In this document: positions 56,444 through 64,000 of the stretch, piece by piece
How positions within the stretch are numbered: the stretch's first letter is position 1
Layout: the number at the start of each line of letters is the position of its first letter
Origin: Longimicrobiales bacterium
Lineage (GTDB): Bacteria > Gemmatimonadota > Gemmatimonadetes > Longimicrobiales > Gaopeijiaceae
Reading direction: 5' to 3'
NCBI GenBank assembly: GCA_041690395.1
Contig: JAWLHJ010000003.1
Coordinates: 1 to 64,000, forward strand
Length of the DNA stretch: 64,000 nt
Made by a program: the position numbers and the translations under genes
Notes under the pieces: model-generated
What the model was told of the DNA's origin: nothing
What the model saw: the letters and a program-made list of their open reading frames with translations, nothing else
Database searches by the model: none

Positions 56444-58848
56444 AGGCTTCATACCGTTGGTTGCTCGATCTCGTCCCGGGACTCTCCATGGCGCCCGCGG
56501 CGCTCACGGAGCACCTGGCGCTCCGCGGGGCACCCGTGGAGGACACGGTCTCGCCGGGGGCGTCGCTCGGCGACGTCGTGATCGGGAAGGTCCTGGAAGC
56601 CGGGCCGCACCCCAACGCCGACCGGCTGTCGCTTTGCACCGTGGACGGTGGCGCAGGCTCCGTGCAGGTCGTGTGCGGCGCGCCCAACGTGAAGGCGGGC
56701 GCCTGGTATCCGTTCGCGCCGGTCGGGTCCGTGTTGCCCGGTGACTTCAAGATCAAGAAGGCCAAGATCCGGGGTGAGGTGTCGGAGGGCATGCTCTGTT
56801 CCGCCAAGGAGTTGCGGCTGGGAGCCGACCACGCCGGTATCATGGAGCTGCACGGCGATTTCGAGCCGGGGGAAGCGTTCGTCACCGCGCTCGGGCTCGA
56901 CGACGTCACGTTCGACGTCGAGATCACGGCCAACCGCGGAGATCTGCTCTCGCACGTCGGATTGGCGCGGGAGCTGGCCTCGGCCGGAGACGGACGCGTG
57001 GAGCTGCCGGGGCTTCCTTCGGTGGAAGCGGGAGCGCTCGAGTATCTGAGAGATGCCGAGGTGGCCGAGTCGGGAGGAGTCTCGGTCTCGATCGAGGATC
57101 CGGACCTCTGCCCGCGCTATCTGGGCGCGGTCATCCGGGGCGTGAAGGTCGGTCCGTCCCCCGAGTGGCTCCAGCGGCGCCTGCGCGGCGCCGGAGCGCG
57201 GCCGATCAACAACGTGGTCGACGCGACCAACTACATCATGCTCGAGCTGGGCCAGCCGCTGCACGCCTTCGATCTCGGGAAGCTCCGAGGGGACCGGATC
57301 GTGGTCCGTCGGGCCCGGAAGGACGAGACCGCCTTCGTCACGCTCGATGACGAGGAGCGGACCATCACGTCCGACATGCTCATGATCTGTGACGCCGAGC
57401 GACCCGTGGCGATCGCCGGGGTCATGGGCGGCCTCCACTCCGAGGTGGACGACGCGACCACCGACGTGCTGCTCGAGTGCGCCTGGTTCGACCCGAAGTC
57501 GGTGCGAGCCACGCGTCGGGCGCTCGTCATGTCGACGGACGCGTCCTACCGCTTCGAGCGGGGCGTCGATCCAGAAGGTCTGGAGTTCGCGCTCGAACGC
57601 TGCGCCCGCCTCATCGTCGCGATCGCCGGGGGAGAGATCGCCGAGCCGGTGCTGGACTGCGCGGCGCGCGAGCACGAGCCGGCGGTGGTTCCGCTCCGTC
57701 TCGCGCGCATCGAGCACGTACTCGGCGTTCCGTTCACGGCCGCCCGCGTGCGAGAGCTCCTCGATCCGCTCGGGTTCCTGCTGGTCGGAGAGGACGAAGA
57801 GATCCTGCGCTGGCGGATTCCCGGCTTCCGGGCGCTCGATGTCACCCGCGAGATCGACCTCATCGAGGAGGTCGCCCGTACCCATGGCTACGACGCGTTC
57901 CCGGCCGAGCTCGGGCCCTATCGCCCGGGAACCGTGCCCGACCACCCACTTTTCGAGCTCGAAGAGCGACTGAGGGGGGCCCTCGTAGCGCGAGGTCTGT
58001 TCGAGACGCAGACCCCGGCCTTCGTGCCCGCGGGAGAGGGGGACGTCGAAGTGTCGAACCCGCTCGCAACGACCGAGCCCTTCATGCGGAGCGCGCTCCT
58101 GCCGTCCCTCCTGCGGCGCGTCTCGTACAACCTGGCGCGCGGCAACCGCGACGTACGGTTCTTCGAGCTCGGGACGTCGTTCCGGAAGGCCGGACCCGGT
58201 GAGCCGCCCGTCGAGGAGACGCACCTGGCCGTGGCGCTCACCGGCCGCCGCCGTCCGGTGCACTGGTCGTACGAGGCCGAGCCGCTCGACGTGTTCGACC
58301 TGAAGGGGCTCGTCCAGGAGGCCGCGCGCCAGGCCTACGGCCCCGACGCCGTGGTCTCGGTCGACGACGAGGGCGGGGCACCGTACGATCCGTTATCGGG
58401 ATTCGTGGTGCGGCACGGCGACGGGCGGGTTCTCGGCCGAAGCGGGCGGGTCCGGGACGACGCCGTCGACGTCCCGGCGTGGGCGGGCGACATCTGGGGA
58501 TTCGAGCTGACGCTGCCGGCCGAGCCGGACCCCGTGCCCGTTCGGACACATGTTCCGCTCCCGCAGTTCCCGGCCGTGGAGCGCGACCTCGCCGTTCTGG
58601 TGCCCCACGCGGTGCCCGCCGGCGACGTCCTCGAGGCCGCTCGGGCCGCGGCCGGATCGCATCTGGAGGAAGCGTCCATGTTCGACATCTACGAAGGTGA
58701 GGGCGTCCCCGAGGGTAAGCGGTCGATCGCGTTCCGCTTCCGCTTCCGGGATCCGGCACGGACGCTCACCGACGAGCAGGTCGACGAAGCGGTCGAAGCC
58801 GTCCTGAAGACGCTGAAGGAAACGTTCGATGTCCAGTTCCGGGGGTAG
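56440..58848 (+). CDS. pheT: Phenylalanine--tRNA ligase beta subunit
   Basis: HPNADRL, VCGAPN, NRGDLLS, INNVVDATNY, RFERGVD, DLIEEVAR, FPAVERD. Confidence 0.97.
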   Translation: MKASYRWLLDLVPGLSMAPAALTEHLALRGAPVEDTVSPGASLGDVVIGKVLEAGPHPNADRLSLCTVDGGAGSVQVVCGAPNVKAGAWYPFAPVGSVLPGDFKIKKAKIRGEVSEGMLCSAKELRLGADHAGIMELHGDFEPGEAFVTALGLDDVTFDVEITANRGDLLSHVGLARELASAGDGRVELPGLPSVEAGALEYLRDAEVAESGGVSVSIEDPDLCPRYLGAVIRGVKVGPSPEWLQRRLRGAGARPINNVVDATNYIMLELGQPLHAFDLGKLRGDRIVVRRARKDETAFVTLDDEERTITSDMLMICDAERPVAIAGVMGGLHSEVDDATTDVLLECAWFDPKSVRATRRALVMSTDASYRFERGVDPEGLEFALERCARLIVAIAGGEIAEPVLDCAAREHEPAVVPLRLARIEHVLGVPFTAARVRELLDPLGFLLVGEDEEILRWRIPGFRALDVTREIDLIEEVARTHGYDAFPAELGPYRPGTVPDHPLFELEERLRGALVARGLFETQTPAFVPAGEGDVEVSNPLATTEPFMRSALLPSLLRRVSYNLARGNRDVRFFELGTSFRKAGPGEPPVEETHLAVALTGRRRPVHWSYEAEPLDVFDLKGLVQEAARQAYGPDAVVSVDDEGGAPYDPLSGFVVRHGDGRVLGRSGRVRDDAVDVPAWAGDIWGFELTLPAEPDPVPVRTHVPLPQFPAVERDLAVLVPHAVPAGDVLEAARAAAGSHLEEASMFDIYEGEGVPEGKRSIAFRFRFRDPARTLTDEQVDEAVEAVLKTLKETFDVQFRG

Positions 58849-59140
58849 CCCGGGCCGGCCCGAGCTCGCCGGCCTCCAGGAGCTGGAGCGGTCGGTCGCC
58901 AAGGCCGCGGACCGCCTGGGTGAGCTTTCGCGCCGCGTCGAGGAGGCGGAGGCACGGAGCCGTCAGCTCCAGGAGTTGGTCGGGCGTTTCACCGGGAACG
59001 CCGACGAGGCCGGGCAGCTCCTGACGAGGCTCGGGCGGCTCGACGAAGAGAACGCCGACCTGAAAGCCCGCCTCGAGGAGGGCCGGGCCGGAGTCGACCG
59101 CATCCTCGCCCGCATTCGCTTCATGGAGGACCAGCGATGA
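58829..59140 (+). CDS. Coiled-coil protein (ZapB-like)
   Basis: Heptad-rich 103-aa ORF between pheT and zapA. Confidence 0.6.
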   Translation: MSSSGGSPGRPELAGLQELERSVAKAADRLGELSRRVEEAEARSRQLQELVGRFTGNADEAGQLLTRLGRLDEENADLKARLEEGRAGVDRILARIRFMEDQR

Positions 59141-59445
59141 ACGTAGAAAAGCGATCGGTCACCGTCCGCATCGCGGGAGAGGAGCACACGATCCGCGCGA
59201 CGGCCGAGCCCGGCTACACGCGTCGCTGCGCGAAGCACGTCGACGAGCGTATCCACGAGATCCGGCGCCAGGCCGGCCTCATCGAGGGACACAAGGCCGC
59301 GATTCTGGCGGCCCTCTCCATAGCGGATGAGTGTTTCCAGGCCCAGGACGAGCTCGAGCGGCTGAGAACGGAACTCTCGGAGCGGACGCGTCGCATGACC
59401 GAGCGTCTCGAGCGCGAGCTCGCGGGAGAGCCCACCGGGTCCTGA
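59137..59445 (+). CDS. zapA: Cell division protein ZapA
   Basis: VTVRIAGEEHTIR, AKHVDERI, AILAALSIADE. Confidence 0.85.
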   Translation: MNVEKRSVTVRIAGEEHTIRATAEPGYTRRCAKHVDERIHEIRRQAGLIEGHKAAILAALSIADECFQAQDELERLRTELSERTRRMTERLERELAGEPTGS

Positions 59446-59669
59446 CCGGATCCCGACGCGGGTCGGCGTTTCTCGTGTCCCGGCGCCGGGAATGCTCCGA
59501 TCCGCCCCAATCGGCGGCCGAACCCGGTCGCCAGCTTGCGCGTCGGATCGACCGGAACCTATTGTCAAACCGTTACCTGGGATGATGCGCCCTTCCTCCG
59601 GGAAAGAAGCGTCGTCCCCGAGTCGCTCACCTTCGATGTGCTTCGTGCCGTCGATTTCGGAGTCGATAT

Positions 59670-61244
59670 ATGATCACCCCGCCCGTGATGGTGGCGGCGG
59701 CGGTGGGGATCGTTCTTGGTCTTGTCGTGGGGTTCGTCATCGCGAGCGGTCGCGAGCGGAACCTCCGTGCGCTCGAGAAGCGCAACGCCCAGGACGAAGC
59801 CTCCCGCATCCTTTCCCAAGCCCGTGACGACGCGACCAAAGCCCGGAAGGACGGGGAGCTCGAAGGCAGGGAGACGAGTATCCGCCTCCGCGAGGCGTGG
59901 GAGCAGGAGGAGGCCCGTCGCCGTGAGGACATTGAGCGTGCAGAGCGCCGCGTCGACGAGCGTGCGCAAGGACTCGATCGCCAGCTGGAGCGGCTCACCG
60001 ACCGGGAGAGCCAGATCGACGAGCGCGCCGAGGCGCTCGAAGGACGCGAGAAGGCACTCGCGGAACGCGTCACGCTCGTCGAGGCCCGTGAGCGCGACGC
60101 CGAGGCGAAGCTCCAGCACGTGGCCGGACTCACGGAGGCGGAGGCCCGCAAGGAGCTCCTGGAGGATCTGACCGAGGCCGCCAAGGCCGAGGCCGCCAAC
60201 ACGATCCGGGAGATCAAGGAACGGGCCCAACGCGAAGCCGAGCGCGAGGGCCGCAAGATCGTCGCGCTCGCCATCCAGCGGATGGCCGCCGACCTCACGG
60301 CCGAGACCACCGTCTCCGTCGTCCAGCTCCCGTCCGACGAGATGAAGGGCCGGATCATCGGCCGCGAGGGCCGGAACATCAGGGCCTTCGAGCAAGCGAC
60401 GGGGGTGGACGTCATCATCGACGACACCCCCGAAGCCGTCGTTCTCTCCGCCTTCGATCCGGTCCGGCGCGAGGTCGCCCGCATCGCCCTCGACCGACTG
60501 GTCGAGGACGGGCGCATCCACCCGGGCCGCATCGAGGAGATGGTCGAGAAGGCGCAGAAGGAGGTCGAGAGCGGGATGGTCGAGGCCGCCGAGGAGGTCC
60601 TGTACGAGCTCGGCGTCCACAACATCCATCCGGAGATCGTGAAGACGCTCGGGCGCCTGCGATTCCGGACATCCTATGGACAGAACCAGCTCCAGCACGC
60701 CCGCGAGGTGGCCCTCCTGGCCGCGAACATGGCCGCCGAGATGGGCCTCGACGTACAGGGCACCAAGCGCGCCGCGATCCTGCACGACGTCGGCAAGGGG
60801 ATGACCCACGAGCACGAGGGGACGCACGTGGAGCTCGGCTACCGCCTGTGCAAGAAGCACGGCGAGACCGAGCTGGTGCTCAACGCCATCAAGGCCCATC
60901 ACGACGAGGAGCCGCACTTCTTCGCCGAGACCTTCCTCGTGACCGCCGCGGACGCGATCAGCGGATCCCGCCCCGGCGCCCGCCGCGAGATGTTCGAGGG
61001 ATACGTGAAGCGGCTGGAGAAGCTCGAGGAGCTGGCCATGGAGGAGCCCGGAGTCGAGCGGTGCTTCGCCATCCAGGCCGGACGGGAGCTCCGGGTCATG
61101 GTCGAGCCCGGCCAGGTGAGCGACGGACAGATCGCGCAGATCTCGGAAGCGGTCGCGCGGCGGATCGAGAGCGAGCTCCAGTACCCCGGCCAGATCAAGG
61201 TCGTGGTGGTCCGGGAGACGAGGGCGGTCGACTTCGCGCGCTAG
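59670..61244 (+). CDS. rny: Ribonuclease Y
   Basis: N-terminal TM, coiled coil, KH MKGRIIGREGRNIR, HD domain LHDVGK, ADAISGSRPGAR. Confidence 0.97.
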   Translation: MITPPVMVAAAVGIVLGLVVGFVIASGRERNLRALEKRNAQDEASRILSQARDDATKARKDGELEGRETSIRLREAWEQEEARRREDIERAERRVDERAQGLDRQLERLTDRESQIDERAEALEGREKALAERVTLVEARERDAEAKLQHVAGLTEAEARKELLEDLTEAAKAEAANTIREIKERAQREAEREGRKIVALAIQRMAADLTAETTVSVVQLPSDEMKGRIIGREGRNIRAFEQATGVDVIIDDTPEAVVLSAFDPVRREVARIALDRLVEDGRIHPGRIEEMVEKAQKEVESGMVEAAEEVLYELGVHNIHPEIVKTLGRLRFRTSYGQNQLQHAREVALLAANMAAEMGLDVQGTKRAAILHDVGKGMTHEHEGTHVELGYRLCKKHGETELVLNAIKAHHDEEPHFFAETFLVTAADAISGSRPGARREMFEGYVKRLEKLEELAMEEPGVERCFAIQAGRELRVMVEPGQVSDGQIAQISEAVARRIESELQYPGQIKVVVVRETRAVDFAR

Positions 61245-61325
61245 CGTCGCGACATTGTCGGGCGTCCGCGCTCGGGGCCGCCAGGGTACCCGGGCGAGCG
61301 GAATCCCCTTGCCCGAGGCAGGCGA

Positions 61326-62222
61326 ATGAGCGCTCAGATCATTTCCGGCACCGAGATCGCGAAGGAGATCCGCGGTGAGCTGAAGGAACGCGTGGCCGCG
61401 CTCGTCGCGGAGCACGGCGTCACCCCCGGACTGGCCACCGTGCTCGTCGGCGACGATCCCGCGTCGCAGATGTACGTCGGGATGAAGAACCGCGTCGCCG
61501 GGGAGATGGGAATCCACTCCCGGCAGCACACGCTTCCCGCCGGCACGTCGCAGGAAGAGCTGCTCGGCCTCGTCACGGGCCTGAACGCGGATCCGCAGAT
61601 CCACGGGATCCTCGTCCAGCTCCCGCTCCCCGGTCACATCGACGAGGGCGCGGTGATCGAGACGATCGACCCCGCCAAGGACGTCGACGGCTTCCATCCG
61701 ATGAGCGTCGGGCGCCTCGCGACCGATTCGGGCACGTTCTTCCCGCCGTGCACGCCGGCCGGTGTCGTGGAAATGCTGCTCCGCAGCGGGCACGACCCGT
61801 CGGGGAAGCACGTGGTCGTCGTGGGTCGCTCCAACATCGTCGGGCGCCCGTTGGCGTCGCTGCTGCTCCGGAAGGCGCGCGGGGGCAACGCGACCGTGAC
61901 CGTCTGCCACTCCCGGACCGCCGACCTGGCGGCCGAGACGCGCCGCGCGGACATCCTCGTCGTGGCCATGGGACGGCCCGAGATGATCACCGCCGACATG
62001 GTGCGTCCCGGCGCCGTCGTCATCGACGTGGGCACAAACCGCGTGGACGACCCGGAGTCGGAGCGAGGCTACCGGGTGTGCGGCGACGTCGTCTTCGACG
62101 AGGTGAAAGAGGTCGCGGGCGCCATTTCGCCGGTGCCCGGCGGGGTCGGTCCGATGACCATCACGATGCTCCTGTCCAACACCGTCGAGTCGGCGGCGCG
62201 GGCGGCGAAGCCCCGGGGCTAG
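61326..62222 (+). CDS. folD: Bifunctional methylenetetrahydrofolate dehydrogenase/cyclohydrolase
   Basis: [42 protein letters not shown]. Confidence 0.97.
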   Translation: MSAQIISGTEIAKEIRGELKERVAALVAEHGVTPGLATVLVGDDPASQMYVGMKNRVAGEMGIHSRQHTLPAGTSQEELLGLVTGLNADPQIHGILVQLPLPGHIDEGAVIETIDPAKDVDGFHPMSVGRLATDSGTFFPPCTPAGVVEMLLRSGHDPSGKHVVVVGRSNIVGRPLASLLLRKARGGNATVTVCHSRTADLAAETRRADILVVAMGRPEMITADMVRPGAVVIDVGTNRVDDPESERGYRVCGDVVFDEVKEVAGAISPVPGGVGPMTITMLLSNTVESAARAAKPRG

Positions 62223-62226
62223 AAGG

Positions 62227-63615
62227 GTGTCGGACGACCTCAGCCTGGACCTTTTCGACGACGCCGGGAGCGATCCGGAGCCGGCTGCGCCGGCGCCGGC
62301 TCCGGCTCCCGGGTCCGACGAGCCAGCGGGCCAGCGAGCGGGGACGGGTGCACCCGCGCCCCCATCCCCGTCCGAACCCGCGGCCGAGCCCTCAGCGGAG
62401 CCGGAAGGGCCGCGCGTCTGGTCCGTCTCCCAGGTGAATCGTGCGGTGCGCGGCCTGCTGGAAGGGAACGTCGAGCCGCTCTGGGTCGGCGGCGAGATCG
62501 GGAGCTGGACACGCTCGCGCGCCGGACATTGTTACTTCACGCTGAAGGACGATCGCGCCCAGATCCGCTCGGTCATGTTCCAGCGCGAGGCGCAGACCCT
62601 TCCGACCGACCCCGACGAGGGGATGCAGGTGCGGGCCCTCGGGCAGCTCACGCTCTACGAGGCCCGCGGCGAGTACCAGCTCGTCGTTCGCCGGCTGGAG
62701 GCGGAGGGCACGGAGGGGCTCTGGCGGCTCGCCTTCGAGAAGCTACGGGGTCGCCTCGAGTCGGAAGGGCTCCTCGATCCGGCCCGCAAGCGGCGCCTTC
62801 CGGCGTATCCGGCGTGCGTCGGCGTAGTGACGTCGCCGACGGGTGCCGCGCTGCGCGACATCGTGTCGGTCCTCAGGAGGCGGGCGCCCTGGACGCGGGT
62901 CGTGGTGAGCGGGACACGGGTGCAGGGGGACGGTGCTTCCGTGGAGATCGCCGAGGCCCTCGACAAGCTGGTGGCCAGCGGGCTCTGCGACGTGATCCTG
63001 GTCTCGCGAGGCGGCGGCTCGATCGAAGACCTGTGGGCCTTCAACGAGGAGCCCGTGGCGCGGGCCGTGGCCGCGTGCCCTGTGCCCGTGGTGTCGGCCG
63101 TGGGCCACGAGGTCGACGTCACCATCTGCGATCTCGTGGCCGACCTGAGGGCTCCCACGCCGTCCGCGGGCGCCGAAGCGGTGGTGCCGGACGCGGCCGT
63201 CGTGCTCGATACGCTGCGGACCACGCCGGAGCGGCTCGCGCGGGGCCTCCGGGGCGTGGCGACCCGCCGCCGTGAGAGGATCGAGCACCGCCTCGAGCGC
63301 CTCGGACGCGCCGTCGAGCGGCGGTTGGCCCCGGCCCGGCAATCCGTGGACCTGGCCACGGCCCGACTCGAGCGCGCGATGCGCTCGTGCATCGAAGGGC
63401 GGCGGCGCGCCCTGCGGGGGAGCGCGGGCCGGCTGCAGGCGCTTTCGCCGCTCGCGACGCTCCAGCGGGGGTACGCCGTGGCCCGCGCACCGGACGGGGG
63501 CGTGCTGCGCTCCGTGGACGACTTCGAGGCCGGCCGGCCGTTCCTGGTGCGCGTAACCGATGGGACGGTGAGGGCGGAGACCCTGGACATCACGAGGACA
63601 GCAGAACATGAGTGA
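62227..63615 (+). CDS. xseA: Exodeoxyribonuclease VII large subunit
   Basis: GHCYFTLKD, VTSPTGAA, RGGGSIEDLWAFN, AVGHEVD, RAPTPSA; P/A-rich N-terminal extension. Confidence 0.96.
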   Translation: MSDDLSLDLFDDAGSDPEPAAPAPAPAPGSDEPAGQRAGTGAPAPPSPSEPAAEPSAEPEGPRVWSVSQVNRAVRGLLEGNVEPLWVGGEIGSWTRSRAGHCYFTLKDDRAQIRSVMFQREAQTLPTDPDEGMQVRALGQLTLYEARGEYQLVVRRLEAEGTEGLWRLAFEKLRGRLESEGLLDPARKRRLPAYPACVGVVTSPTGAALRDIVSVLRRRAPWTRVVVSGTRVQGDGASVEIAEALDKLVASGLCDVILVSRGGGSIEDLWAFNEEPVARAVAACPVPVVSAVGHEVDVTICDLVADLRAPTPSAGAEAVVPDAAVVLDTLRTTPERLARGLRGVATRRRERIEHRLERLGRAVERRLAPARQSVDLATARLERAMRSCIEGRRRALRGSAGRLQALSPLATLQRGYAVARAPDGGVLRSVDDFEAGRPFLVRVTDGTVRAETLDITRTAEHE

Positions 63616-63865
63616 AGACGGACGCGGGAAGGACGAGGCCGCCGGCGACGAGGAGCTCGGTCTCGAGCAGCGCATCCGCCGGCTGGAGGAGATCCTGACC
63701 CGTATGGAATCGGACGATGTATCGCTCGAGGAGGCGCTCGAGCTGTTCGAGGAAGGCGTCGGGCACGTCCGGCGGGCCGAGACGATCCTGTCCGAGACCG
63801 AGTTGCGCGTGGAGGAGCTGCTCTCGAAGGGGAAGACCGAGGCCATGGAGCTCGAGGACTCGTGA
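63608..63865 (+). CDS. xseB: Exodeoxyribonuclease VII small subunit
   Basis: LEEILTRME...SLEEALELFEEG. Confidence 0.92.
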   Translation: MSEDGRGKDEAAGDEELGLEQRIRRLEEILTRMESDDVSLEEALELFEEGVGHVRRAETILSETELRVEELLSKGKTEAMELEDS

Positions 63866-64000
63866 CCGAGGTGGCGGCCTTCGATCTCGCGGGCTATCTG
63901 GACCAGGAGCGCGGCGTCGTGGAGGAGGCCCTCGACCGTGCCGTGGCGGCCGTGGAGCCCCACGTCGACGCCGAGGTGGGTGCCGCCATCCGGCACGGCG
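63862..64000 (+). CDS. ispA: Polyprenyl (farnesyl/geranyl) diphosphate synthase, N-terminal fragment
   Basis: GTG overlaps the xseB stop; VTEVAAFDLAGYLDQERGVVEEALDR...AAIRHG; conserved xseAB-ispA order. Truncated by window end. Confidence 0.6.
   Translation, partial: MTEVAAFDLAGYLDQERGVVEEALDRAVAAVEPHVDAEVGAAIRHG

Overview
High-GC bacterial chromosomal window. Gene content and order suggest Gemmatimonadota or a related FCB-group lineage (inference only). Housekeeping blocks are secD-secF-tatD-mutL-miaA-bshA-uppP-birA-coaX, CIRCE-groES-groEL, and thrS-infC-rpmI-rplT-pheS-pheT-(zapB-like)-zapA-rny-folD-xseA-xseB-ispA. Signalling modules include tandem ABC ATPases with a sigma54 two-component system, an ECF sigma/anti-sigma with two exported HEAT-repeat proteins, and a pseudo-receiver GGDEF gene coupled to a PilB/GspE ATPase carrying a C-terminal receiver domain. 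The standout feature is a ~14 kb cluster (37.2-51.1 kb). It joins a GTP-derived small-molecule pathway (GTP cyclohydrolase II, creatininase-like, RibD reductase, atypical PTPS/QueD, MDR dehydrogenase, GT4, two methyltransferases) with lipid/export functions (CDP-alcohol phosphatidyltransferase, flippase-like, LtaS/OpgB-like) and periplasmic glucan genes opgG/opgH. opgH runs in frame into GTP cyclohydrolase II as one 980-aa ORF. A second notable feature is a non-coding region after groEL with two inverted 157-nt copies (about 83% identical, ungapped). Each copy is closed by its own, different long stem, and they flank a 33-bp tandem repeat. No rRNA, tRNA, transposase or CRISPR array was recognised. 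All product calls come from motif recognition by eye; no database searches were run.
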